Positions 55,333 to 64,000 of a stretch of 64,000 bases of DNA are shown here, one piece after another. The stretch covers positions 8,705-72,704 of the forward strand of contig JBAZWO010000003.1 in assembly GCA_041660305.1 (NCBI GenBank), read 5' to 3'. Below the pieces are notes generated by a model. It saw only the letters and a list, made by a program, of their open reading frames with translations. It had not been told where the DNA came from and ran no database searches. The translations under genes and the position numbers were made by a program. Every line of letters starts with the position of its first letter. Position 1 is the stretch's first letter. Source of the DNA: Patescibacteria group bacterium (lineage in GTDB: Bacteria > Patescibacteriota > Patescibacteriia > UBA9570).

Positions 55333-55425
55333 CCTGTAGGCAAGAAAATCTTGGGAAGGGATGAATGAAGTGCGAAACCTCGTTTATCCTTCCTTAAGAT
55401 TTCCATGCTCGTCGTGCCTACAGAA
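55333..55425 (+). other. ~90-nt extended imperfect hairpin immediately 3' of the VanW gene (structured 3' UTR or RNA element)
   Basis: Outer stem CTGTAGGCA (55334-55342) / TGCCTACAG (55415-55423). The inner ~16-bp stem AATCTTGGGAAGGGAT / ATCCTTCCTTAAGATT has G-U pairs that only work on the plus strand. Confidence 0.25.
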
Positions 55426-55490
55426 ACCAGGCGTTTTTAACGAACAAAACATTCTACCATAGGTTTAAAATTCTGTCAATAGCAAACAGT

Positions 55491-55516
55491 AAAAACGCCC
55501 CGTTGGGGCGTTTTTG
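55491..55516. terminator. Bidirectional rho-independent terminator
   Basis: A5-CGCCCC-GTT-GGGGCG-T5, between the convergent VanW and rpsP genes. Confidence 0.7.
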
Positions 55517-55538
55517 GTAGATATCAATTGATAACGCT

Positions 55539-55859
55539 CTAGACTTTAGCGGTTGGCGCTGCAGCAGGCTTTTCAGTTGCTTTCTTGGTTTTGGCTATTA
55601 CACGCCGTTTTGGAGCGTTCACTACTACAGCTGCTGTAACCAACATATTATGTACGGTAGCAGATGTTTCAGCGCCTTTACTAAGCCAATATTGAATGCG
55701 GTCCTTTTTTAACACTACGGTAGCCGGATTAGTACGCGGATTCATGTGCCCTAAAATTTCCATTACCTTAGAAGTAGGGGACCAATCTTTTTCCTGTAAT
55801 ACCACGCGATAAGCTGGTTGATTTTTGCGCCCGTAACGAGCTAAACGAATAGATAACAT
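55539..55859 (-). CDS. rpsP: 30S ribosomal protein S16
   Basis: MLSIRLARYGRKNQPAYRVV...YWLSKGA. Confidence 0.92.
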   Translation of the reverse strand: MLSIRLARYGRKNQPAYRVVLQEKDWSPTSKVMEILGHMNPRTNPATVVLKKDRIQYWLSKGAETSATVHNMLVTAAVVVNAPKRRVIAKTKKATEKPAAAPTAKV

Positions 55860-55919
55860 AATTGCTAAACAATCATAACGGATGGGCTTTTTTCTGTCAA
55901 TAAGCTATACTGCACAAGT

Positions 55920-56663
55920 ATGAAAATGGCCATTACTTATTATCGTTTATTAAAATTGGCTTGGAAACAGTATCGTTTACGTTTTGATCTAATATTAGTT
56001 TGTAATTTAATAGCATTTCTACCAATTTATCTATTATTAGATATTTTATCGTATTTTAAACATCTTAATCTTAATTTTGATACGGTAGATGATTTGTTGA
56101 AAATTTGGCAAAATCCATATTTTTTAGGCCTACAACTGTTTACTACCGTAGCCGGAATTTGGGTAGTAACTTGTATATTACTTATGGTAAAAGCTAATTA
56201 CCATCAACAATTACCTTCTGTTAAAACTCTATTGCTATCTAGTAAACATTATTTACCTAAAATATTATTATTAAGTTTTATCACCGGTAGCTTAATATTA
56301 CTTGGTTTTATTTTTTTCATTGTTCCAGGAATTATATTATGGTTATTATTCAGTTTAAGCTTGCCAGCTTTAATTTGGCATAATAGTTCCATTAAACAAG
56401 CCTTAACGTTAAGCTGGCGCTTAGGCAAACGTTATTGGTGGATAATTTTAAATTATCAAATTATCACGCTTGGCTTATCTGCTTTAATTAATCTTTGTTT
56501 AGCCGCTTTACTGCCAAACGTAATCGGCTTTACGGCTATTGGTTCTACCCTTGGTCAACTAGCCTTAAGCTTAGGCACTATTTTATTGATGGTATTGTTT
56601 TTAATATTAGATGAAATAGATATTACTGCACTGCCGTCAACTGCACCGAAAGAATCTTGCTAA
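55920..56663 (+). CDS. Integral membrane protein of unknown function
   Basis: About 6 TM helices. Its 3' end overlaps the 3' end of smc by 41 nt. Confidence 0.45.
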   Translation: MKMAITYYRLLKLAWKQYRLRFDLILVCNLIAFLPIYLLLDILSYFKHLNLNFDTVDDLLKIWQNPYFLGLQLFTTVAGIWVVTCILLMVKANYHQQLPSVKTLLLSSKHYLPKILLLSFITGSLILLGFIFFIVPGIILWLLFSLSLPALIWHNSSIKQALTLSWRLGKRYWWIILNYQIITLGLSALINLCLAALLPNVIGFTAIGSTLGQLALSLGTILLMVLFLILDEIDITALPSTAPKESC

Positions 56664-59262
56664 CTCCGGCTTTATTCATGGTTACGCCATACAATACATC
56701 GGCTTGGCGCATAGTAACTTGATTATGCGAAATCACAATAAATTGCGTTTTTTGTGATAATTGTTTAATAATGGCAGAAAATTTTTCTGAATTAATTTCA
56801 TCCAAAGCAGCCTCTACTTCATCCAACACTACAAAAGGCGGTGTATTAGCATCAATGATGGCACAAATTAACGCTATAGCCGTCATGGATTTTTCTCCGC
56901 CAGATAATGCCTGGACAGAAGATAGTTTCTTGCTTGGTGGTTGTGCAATAATATCAATGCCCGATACAATCCGCTGTCGTTGTTTTCGTTTACCTAATAA
57001 TTCAGGTTGTGTCTCAACAATTTCAGTGGTTGTTTCCTCAACTACTGGTTGCTCAATTAATAAATCTAGCTTAGCTTCACCGCCAGCAAATAATAATTTG
57101 AAATACTTGTTAAAACTCTTCGTAATAGCTTTAAATGATTGATTAAATTGTTTTTTAATCGTTTTGTCTAATTCATCAATCACTTGCTCGAGTGCCATAA
57201 TGGCCTGACGTAAATCTTTAGCCTGTTGTTTCAAAAAAGTGAAGCGTTCTTCAGTACTAATTTGTTCTTGAACAATCTCTGGATCAATCCCGCCAATTAA
57301 TTCCAATTGATGTTTTAATCGTTCAATTTCAATTAATAATTGTTCCTGATCTTGGCGTAGTTCTGTATATTGTTCTATATTTTTCTGTACTACTGCTGAA
57401 ACTTCGCGACTTAATTCGGCTAATAAATCTTCTTGATGCGTTTGCAACTTGGTAATTTGTACTTCTACTACTTGTTGCTTATTAGCAATTTGATTCAACT
57501 GGGCTTGAATTTTTCTACCTTGGGTTTGTTTGTCTAATAAATCACGCTGTTTAGTTTCTTCTGTTTGATTAAATTGTTGCAGAGCCTGTTGTTTGGTCTG
57601 TAATTCACTATCTACTGTGGTTAATTGTGCCACTAATGCTTCGCTTTGTTTTTGTAAATTAGCTAATTGAACACTACGGTTCTGATTTTGCTCTAAGGTT
57701 TTTTTCTGATTAGCAATGTCATTTTTTGCGCCCTGTTGTTCATTTTCTAATTGTTTTATGGATGTTTTTACTTGGTCTAATTGATCACGTTTAGTTTGTA
57801 ATACTGCTTTTAGTTCGGCATAATCTTGTAATAACTTTTCTTTTAATTCGGTGGTAATTTTAGCTCGTTGCGTAAGCGCTGTAATAGCTTGTTGTTGCAA
57901 AGCAATGGCTTCTCTGTCTTCTTCATGCAAATCATCTAGTAACTCTGCTAATTGCTTGGTAATATTTTGGGCTTGTTGCTGAACGGTTTTAAATTGATCC
58001 AAAGACACTGTATTTAATAAACTACGCAAAAATTGTTCCTGGACTTGAAATAATTGCGTTAAACGTTGTTTTACTTCTGGTAAAGCTACTGTAATAGCAA
58101 CTTTAGCCAGCGTTTCACGAGCGGCTTGTAACTCCTGTTCTAATTGTATTGTTTCTTGTTTTACTTGCGCTTGCGCCGTTGAGATACTATTTAATTGTAG
58201 CTCTTGATGAGTAATTGTGGCTATTATTTGCTCGCGTAAATTGTGTTGTGTTTGTATTTGTTGGGTTAATTCATTTAACCGACGCTCTAACCAAATCAAC
58301 TCAATTTCTCCATGTTGTTCTTGCTCTAGTTGTAAACGCCCCTGCAATACAGCCTGATCTTTCAATAACGTTTGTTTTTTAGCCAACACTTGAGCTTGGT
58401 CTTGTTGTAATTGTTGATATAATACGGTGCGCGACGTAGCTAAGTTAACTTTATCAATCTCGGCTTCTAGGGCGGTTAATATTTGTTCTTGAGCTGTGCG
58501 CTCTTGCTGTAATTGTTGTGCTAATTGTTGTTGCTTGGTTAATTTCTGTTGCAAATCAACTAACATAGATCCATAGTATTGCGTTTGCGTTTGTTGTAAC
58601 TGTTGTTCTAATTCTTGGCGTTGCTGTAATTTTTTTACTTGCCTAGTTAATGAACGTAATCTGGGTTCCACTTCTTTTAATAAATCTTCTACGCGCAATA
58701 AATTTTCTTCCGTACGAATTAATTTGTGAATCGCTGTATCACGCTTCATTTGATGTTCTTTAATACCAGTAGCTTCATCGAAAAACTGTTTGCGATCTTG
58801 GGGATTGGCATTGATAATATCCGTGATCATGCCCTGACCAATCACGCCATAACTTTTTTGACCAAAATTAGCCTGCGCCAACAATAACAAAATATCTTGT
58901 AAGCGCGCCGGGTTATTATTAATCAAATATTCTGTTTCCCCATCACGCGCAATCTGCCGTGAAATTACTACCTGATCATAATCAATTTTTAATCGTTTAC
59001 CTTCGTTATTCAAATATAAATCCACCCGCGCCAGACCACCACGACTTAATTGCTCTGAGCCGGCAAAAATAACATCGGTAGCTTGTTTAATGCGCAATAA
59101 TTTAAGTGCTTGTTCACCCATAACCCAACGTAACGCATCAGTTACATTAGTTTTTCCAGAGCCATTTGGTCCAACTACCGCTACAAACGGGTAATCAAAT
59201 TTAAATTCTGTAGTTTTAGCAAACGATTTAAAACCAGTAATGACTAGTTTCTCTAAATACAT
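56623..59262 (-). CDS. smc: SMC-type chromosome segregation ATPase, short form with no recognisable hinge
   Basis: N-terminal head FKSF...GPNGSGKTN...RWVMGEQ. C-terminal signature LSGGEKSMTAIAL and Walker B VVLDEVEAALD. The ~550 aa in between is Q/E/L-rich coiled coil. Confidence 0.85.
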   Translation of the reverse strand: MYLEKLVITGFKSFAKTTEFKFDYPFVAVVGPNGSGKTNVTDALRWVMGEQALKLLRIKQATDVIFAGSEQLSRGGLARVDLYLNNEGKRLKIDYDQVVISRQIARDGETEYLINNNPARLQDILLLLAQANFGQKSYGVIGQGMITDIINANPQDRKQFFDEATGIKEHQMKRDTAIHKLIRTEENLLRVEDLLKEVEPRLRSLTRQVKKLQQRQELEQQLQQTQTQYYGSMLVDLQQKLTKQQQLAQQLQQERTAQEQILTALEAEIDKVNLATSRTVLYQQLQQDQAQVLAKKQTLLKDQAVLQGRLQLEQEQHGEIELIWLERRLNELTQQIQTQHNLREQIIATITHQELQLNSISTAQAQVKQETIQLEQELQAARETLAKVAITVALPEVKQRLTQLFQVQEQFLRSLLNTVSLDQFKTVQQQAQNITKQLAELLDDLHEEDREAIALQQQAITALTQRAKITTELKEKLLQDYAELKAVLQTKRDQLDQVKTSIKQLENEQQGAKNDIANQKKTLEQNQNRSVQLANLQKQSEALVAQLTTVDSELQTKQQALQQFNQTEETKQRDLLDKQTQGRKIQAQLNQIANKQQVVEVQITKLQTHQEDLLAELSREVSAVVQKNIEQYTELRQDQEQLLIEIERLKHQLELIGGIDPEIVQEQISTEERFTFLKQQAKDLRQAIMALEQVIDELDKTIKKQFNQSFKAITKSFNKYFKLLFAGGEAKLDLLIEQPVVEETTTEIVETQPELLGKRKQRQRIVSGIDIIAQPPSKKLSSVQALSGGEKSMTAIALICAIIDANTPPFVVLDEVEAALDEINSEKFSAIIKQLSQKTQFIVISHNQVTMRQADVLYGVTMNKAGVSKILSVQLTAVQ

Positions 59263-59263
59263 A

Positions 59264-59977
59264 CTACCAGCTTTTTAAACTAATAGCATTGTGGGCGGCA
59301 TTAACTTGAGCTTCTTGTTTGGAAGAGCCGTGACCCACCGCAATCTGTTCTGCTCCTAAATATACACCTACGGTAAATTTTTTATCATGATCTGGCCCTT
59401 CTTCTGACAGCACGCGATAAGTAGGAGTAATGGATAACAATTCTTGCGCTGTTTCTTGAAAATGTGTTTTAGGATCTAAATATAATTTGTGATTCAATAT
59501 ATAACTTAATTTTATCATCAGCCGTTCCGTAATAAATACTTTAGCTATATCATAGCCTTTTTCTAAATAAATTGCGCCAATTAAAGCCTCAAAAGCATTG
59601 GCTAAAATTTTCATGCGCGCTTTACTATTATTATCTTTCTGTTCACCATGTGATAAATATAAAAATTGTTCCAAACCTAATTCACCAGATAAGGTAGCCA
59701 ACATTTGTGAATTAACTAAACTAGCCCGCCAGTTGGTTAACTCACCTTCTGGATTTTTAAACTGTTTATATAAATATTCTGTAACTACTAATTCTAATAC
59801 TGCATCACCTAAAAATTCTAAACGTTCATTATGCCCTAATGGAAAATCACGGTGCTCGTTTAAAAAAGAACGGTGCACTAAAGCTTGAGTTAATAAATCA
59901 CGATTAGCAAACGTAACATTGATTTTTTGTTCAAGCTCTCCTAACGCTGTGGTATTAATTAAATAATGAGGTGTCAT
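59264..59977 (-). CDS. rnc: Ribonuclease III
   Basis: The signature NERLEFLGDAVLE and a C-terminal dsRBD. Confidence 0.92.
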   Translation of the reverse strand: MTPHYLINTTALGELEQKINVTFANRDLLTQALVHRSFLNEHRDFPLGHNERLEFLGDAVLELVVTEYLYKQFKNPEGELTNWRASLVNSQMLATLSGELGLEQFLYLSHGEQKDNNSKARMKILANAFEALIGAIYLEKGYDIAKVFITERLMIKLSYILNHKLYLDPKTHFQETAQELLSITPTYRVLSEEGPDHDKKFTVGVYLGAEQIAVGHGSSKQEAQVNAAHNAISLKSW

Positions 59978-59997
59978 AAATAATTTTTACGATAATG

Positions 59998-60414
59998 TTA
60001 TACTTTTTGCATGTCTTTATAAATACTACCTAATACTCCGTTCACAAACTTACCACTGGAAGGACCACCAAATGTTTTAGCTAACTCAATAGCTTCATTA
60101 ATGGCTACCTTTGGTGGAATATCTGTACTGAATTTTAGTTCACCCAAACCAATCCGCAATACATTACGATCCACCACGGTAATTTGTTCTAACGGCCACT
60201 CTGGAGCATATTGAATAATATACTTATCAATGGCCGATAAATTTTTTAAAATATTTTCTATCAGTTGCTCACAAAATTGTTGATCATCAAAACTAGGAGC
60301 AAATTCAATAGCATTACGTTTTACTAAATCAAGCACGATTTCTTTTTTGCCACGAAAATCCCACTCATACAAACTCTGCAAGGCAATCGTTCTAGCTAAA
60401 TGACGATTGGCCAT
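59998..60414 (-). CDS. nusB: Transcription antitermination factor NusB
   Basis: [17 protein letters not shown] ... [12 protein letters not shown] ... [12 protein letters not shown]. Confidence 0.85.
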   Translation of the reverse strand: MANRHLARTIALQSLYEWDFRGKKEIVLDLVKRNAIEFAPSFDDQQFCEQLIENILKNLSAIDKYIIQYAPEWPLEQITVVDRNVLRIGLGELKFSTDIPPKVAINEAIELAKTFGGPSSGKFVNGVLGSIYKDMQKV

Positions 60415-60420
60415 ACCAGC

Positions 60421-60675
60421 TTATTGTTTAACCGATTTTTCTTCGGCAACAACTGATTCAGCTTTTACTGTTTTGGTTACAGCTTTTTTAGATTTGGCTG
60501 TAGCGCGCGCTAATACATTGCGCCCTTTATAATGACCACAAAAATCACAGGCTGTATGAGGCAAAGCTGGTTTTTTACATTGGGTACAAACATTCAATGT
60601 AGTTGGTTTTAACGCATGATGCGCTGCTCTAGTTTTTTTTCTGCGACTGGAAAGCCGTTTTCCTGGTAAACCCAT
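60421..60675 (-). CDS. rpmF: 50S ribosomal protein L32 with a C-terminal extension
   Basis: RRKKTRAAHHALKPTTLNVCTQCKKPALPHTACDFCGHYKGR. Confidence 0.85.
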   Translation of the reverse strand: MGLPGKRLSSRRKKTRAAHHALKPTTLNVCTQCKKPALPHTACDFCGHYKGRNVLARATAKSKKAVTKTVKAESVVAEEKSVKQ

Positions 60676-60789
60676 ATAAATAACAAATAATTAAGTAATT
60701 AGTAGTTTGGTAATTCGTAAATAAACAACTAGTAAACTGTACAATAGTTTATAGTTTTTGGCAAGCGTGTTATAATAAATGAACTTGCT

Positions 60790-61506
60790 ATGAAAAAACT
60801 AATTGTAGCCAACTGGAAAATGTATAAAACCCCTGCAGAAACCGGGGGTTTTATACAACAATTAACTGCTCATACTTGGCCTATGGCTAACCAGGCTATT
60901 ATTTGTGCCCCGTTTACCGTGTTAGCAACACTACAACAAGTTACCAAACAAACCACTATTCAATACGGTGCCCAAAATATGCACTGGGAGGATAAAGGTG
61001 CTTACACCGGAGAAATTTCTGCATTAATGTTAGTAGATTTAGGCTGTAAATACGTGATTATTGGTCATTCCGAACGGAGGCGCGATAATAACGAAACAAG
61101 TGAAACGATAAATAAAAAAGTACTAGCTGCCCTAAAACATAATTTAATTCCTATTATCTGCGTAGGTGAAAACGCTACCCAAAATACTACTAAGCAAACA
61201 TTAATTATTATTAAAGAACAAGTGGAACAGGCTTTACTTAACGTGACTGCAACACAACTAGCCAATATTGTAATAGCTTATGAACCAATTTGGGCTATTG
61301 GCACCGGTAAAACGCCCACTCCCGCTCAAGCTGAAACAGTTCATGCTTTTATTCGCACCCTAGTAGCCAATACTACTCCTATTATTTACGGCGGCTCGGT
61401 TACCGTGCAAAACATTAAAACATTTTTAACCCAACCAAACATTAACGGAGCCCTAATTGGTAGCGCTAGTTTAGATGCTGCTAACTATGCAACTATGCTA
61501 AGTTAG
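60790..61506 (+). CDS. tpiA: Triosephosphate isomerase
   Basis: [26 protein letters not shown] and IIYGGSV. Confidence 0.92.
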   Translation: MKKLIVANWKMYKTPAETGGFIQQLTAHTWPMANQAIICAPFTVLATLQQVTKQTTIQYGAQNMHWEDKGAYTGEISALMLVDLGCKYVIIGHSERRRDNNETSETINKKVLAALKHNLIPIICVGENATQNTTKQTLIIIKEQVEQALLNVTATQLANIVIAYEPIWAIGTGKTPTPAQAETVHAFIRTLVANTTPIIYGGSVTVQNIKTFLTQPNINGALIGSASLDAANYATMLS

Positions 61507-63937
61507 CTAATACTGCGATGCTAGCAATAGTATCGTTTGCTTCCTTGAAGCGCATCAAACGTACCCCTTGAGTAGCGCGACCGGATACTGAAATACCTTT
61601 AATTGACATGCGAATCACTTGGCCGCCTTTTGAAATCATTAATATATCTTGCGCTGCATTAGACTCTACTAAAAAGCTGTACACAATTTGCCCGGTTTTT
61701 GGTGTAACTTTAGCTGTTTTAATACCAGATCCACCCCGATGCTGCACTTTATAACTTTTCAAATCACTCCGCTTACCAAAACCATGGCTCATTACTACGG
61801 TTAACTGTAAATTTTTTACATCACCACTGGTAATAATATCCATGCCTACCACATGATCTTGTTGCTTTAAACGAATCGCTCGTACACCGGAAGCACCACG
61901 TCCCATATCACGCACATCGGTTTCTTTAAAGCGAATAGCTTGGCCGTTATTTGAAGTTAACATGATTTGATCTTTACCGGTAGATTGTTTTACCCATTGC
62001 AATTGATCGCCGGTTTTTAATTTTAGAGCAATTAAGCCAGACCGGCGCACATTAGCAAACGCTTCTAATTTGGTTTTCTTAATTAAACCATGCTGTGTTA
62101 CCATGACCAAAAACTTATCATGATTTTTTTGTTCCACCGGCAAAATGGCGTTCACTTGCTCTTCCGGGCCTAACTGTAAAAAGTTAATCACGGCTTGCCC
62201 TTTAGCAGTACGTGAGGCTACTGGTACCTCGTAAACTTTTAATTGAAATACTCGCCCTTTGGAAGTAAAGAATAATAAATTAGCATGTGTATTAGTAGAA
62301 ATTAGTTTCTCGGCACTGTCTTCTTCTTTGGCGGTTAAACCAATAATGCCTTTACCACCACGGTGTTGCTGTTTAAATGTATCAGGCGTTAACCGCTTAA
62401 TGTAACCATCGCGGGTTAACATTACAATAGCCGATTCTTTGGGAATTAAATCTTCTTGCGAAAAATTACCTAGCGCTTGTGACACAATTTCGGTGCGGCG
62501 CTCATCACCATATTTCTCTTGGATGTCTTTAATTTCCTCTTTTACTACCACTAAAATATTCTGGCGTTTAGATAAAATACGCTTTAACTCTTTAATAATT
62601 TTTTCTTGTTCACGCAGTTCTTCTTCCACTTGTAAACGCTCCAAATTAGCTAATTGCTGTAACCGCATTTCCAAAATAGCTAAAGTTTGTCGTTCCGAAA
62701 ACTTGAATTTCTTCATTAAATTAAGCTTGGCTTCGTCTTTATTTTTAGAAGCTTTAATGGTTTTAATAATGGCATCAATTTTTTCCAAGGCCATCACTAA
62801 TCCCTCTAAAATATGGGCTCGGTCTTGAGCCTTCTTTAATTCAAACTGACTCCGCCGCGTTACTACTACTTCTCGATGTTTAATGTATTCCGCTAATAAT
62901 GTTTTTAAATTAAGCACGCGTGGTTGTAAACCATCTACCAACGCTACCATATTCACATGAAACGTTTCTTGCAATTGGGTTAATTTATATAACCGGTTTA
63001 ATACTTTTTTCGGATAGGCATCTTTCTTTAATTCAATCACCACTCGTACACCAGACCGATCGGATTCATCGCGCAAATCTTTGATGCCTTCAATTTTTTT
63101 ATCTTTCACTAAATTGGCAATGGCTTCTACTAAAGTAGCTTTATTTACCTGGTAAGGAATTTCAGTAATAATAATTTGAAAATAGCCGTTTTTCATTTCT
63201 TCAATGACGGCGCGGCCACGCATCACAATACCACCCTTACCGGTAGCGTACACTGTTTTAATGCTGGCGATATCATAAATAATACCGGCCGTAGGAAAAT
63301 CTGGGCCTTTAATATATTCCAATAAATCGTCTACATCAGCATCGGGATGATCGATTAAATACGTAATACCGGAACACAATTCGTTTAAATTATGCGGCGG
63401 AATATTCGTAGCCATACCTACGGCAATACCTACCGTACCGTTCAATAATAAATTTGGTAATTTAGCCGGCAATACTACCGGTTCATCATGTGTGCCATCA
63501 TAGTTTGGCCGAAAATCCACCGTGTCTTTATCAATGTCCCACAATAATTCTTCGGCAATTTTTTGCAATTTAGCTTCGGTATAACGCATGGCAGCCGCTG
63601 AATCACCATCCATGGAACCAAAATTACCTTGGCCATGCACTAACGGATAGCGCAAGGAAAAATCTTGGGCTAACCGCACCATCGTATCGTACACAGCAGT
63701 ATCACCGTGCGGATGATATTTGCCTAACACTTCCCCAACTACCGTGGCTGATTTTCTAAATTTAGCGCCCGCCCGTAAGCCAATTGTCCACATGGCGTAT
63801 AAAATGCGCCGATGCACTGGCTTTAAACCATCGCGCACATCGGGTAAGGCACGCGAAGCAATTACGCTCATGGCGTAATTTAAATAAGATTCCTCCATTT
63901 CTTTCACAATCGGCTGATCAATGACTCGTTCACTCAT
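61493..63937 (-). CDS. gyrA: DNA gyrase subunit A
   Basis: [24 protein letters not shown], the active-site [11 protein letters not shown], and C-terminal beta-pinwheel repeats. Confidence 0.95.
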   Translation of the reverse strand: MSERVIDQPIVKEMEESYLNYAMSVIASRALPDVRDGLKPVHRRILYAMWTIGLRAGAKFRKSATVVGEVLGKYHPHGDTAVYDTMVRLAQDFSLRYPLVHGQGNFGSMDGDSAAAMRYTEAKLQKIAEELLWDIDKDTVDFRPNYDGTHDEPVVLPAKLPNLLLNGTVGIAVGMATNIPPHNLNELCSGITYLIDHPDADVDDLLEYIKGPDFPTAGIIYDIASIKTVYATGKGGIVMRGRAVIEEMKNGYFQIIITEIPYQVNKATLVEAIANLVKDKKIEGIKDLRDESDRSGVRVVIELKKDAYPKKVLNRLYKLTQLQETFHVNMVALVDGLQPRVLNLKTLLAEYIKHREVVVTRRSQFELKKAQDRAHILEGLVMALEKIDAIIKTIKASKNKDEAKLNLMKKFKFSERQTLAILEMRLQQLANLERLQVEEELREQEKIIKELKRILSKRQNILVVVKEEIKDIQEKYGDERRTEIVSQALGNFSQEDLIPKESAIVMLTRDGYIKRLTPDTFKQQHRGGKGIIGLTAKEEDSAEKLISTNTHANLLFFTSKGRVFQLKVYEVPVASRTAKGQAVINFLQLGPEEQVNAILPVEQKNHDKFLVMVTQHGLIKKTKLEAFANVRRSGLIALKLKTGDQLQWVKQSTGKDQIMLTSNNGQAIRFKETDVRDMGRGASGVRAIRLKQQDHVVGMDIITSGDVKNLQLTVVMSHGFGKRSDLKSYKVQHRGGSGIKTAKVTPKTGQIVYSFLVESNAAQDILMISKGGQVIRMSIKGISVSGRATQGVRLMRFKEANDTIASIAVLANLA

Positions 63938-64000
63938 AATAAATTTAGATTAGTTTAAATCGGCAAATAGTTGCTCCAGCTCCTCCGGGCTAGGTACAGC

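Noticed and set aside
35613-62828. Antisense ORFs inside valS (35613-35846, 36684-36869), smc (56771-57142), rnc (59598-59888), tpiA (61065-61265) and gyrA (62439-62828)
   Set aside because: Each is nested in a highly conserved housekeeping gene on the opposite strand and has a low-complexity translation. There is no independent support.
63950-64000. Open minus-strand frame ending ...EELEQLFADLN* just upstream of gyrA (possible C-terminus of a gene beyond the window)
   Set aside because: Only 16 codons are visible, which is too little to call a product or even to be sure it is coding.

Overview
The window is AT-rich and gene-dense. It looks like a small-genome, Patescibacteria/CPR-like bacterium. 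That assignment is an inference from gene content: four TrmB-type paralogs, PilB, VanW, an SpoIIM-like protein and compact overlapping genes.

The right half (about 31.8-64 kb) is mostly core housekeeping: a DHH phosphoesterase, a PilB-type ATPase, valS, tsaD, Hsp20, rpsP, smc, rnc, nusB, rpmF, tpiA and gyrA. Accessory genes are scattered through it.

The left third is accessory. A tRNA-Met/tRNA-His pair is followed by an element of about 20 kb (about 592-21042). This element starts with a large serine recombinase whose ORF reads antisense through tRNA-His, and it ends at an imperfect repeat of the tRNA-His 3' end. Its cargo includes:
- an orphan histidine kinase
- a KAS III gene in a G+C-rich patch
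- an AlbA_2/Schlafen-like protein
- a tight HNH + Mrr-type nuclease + two-membrane-protein cluster, which is my best candidate for an undescribed defence-like system
- secreted FN3/Excalibur proteins
- a CHC2-finger + RecA-like ATPase replication module
- an MFS transporter

Other notable features:
- three AbiEi/AbiEii modules
- a family of G/C-rich hairpin-plus-tail repeats that abut TAG stop codons, with one copy sitting in frame inside valS
- a 28-nt perfect palindrome in frame inside tsaD
- a tRNA-Glu locus where a small GIY-YIG gene and an intact tRNA-Glu lie between a 5' and a 3' tRNA-Glu fragment, each fragment carrying TCCGCC-N3-GGCGGA hairpin modules in a loop
- two promoter-to-terminator bracketed candidate small RNAs
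- an SMC with no recognisable hinge

I saw no rRNA genes and no CRISPR array. All calls come from reading the sequence and the supplied ORF translations; no searches were run.
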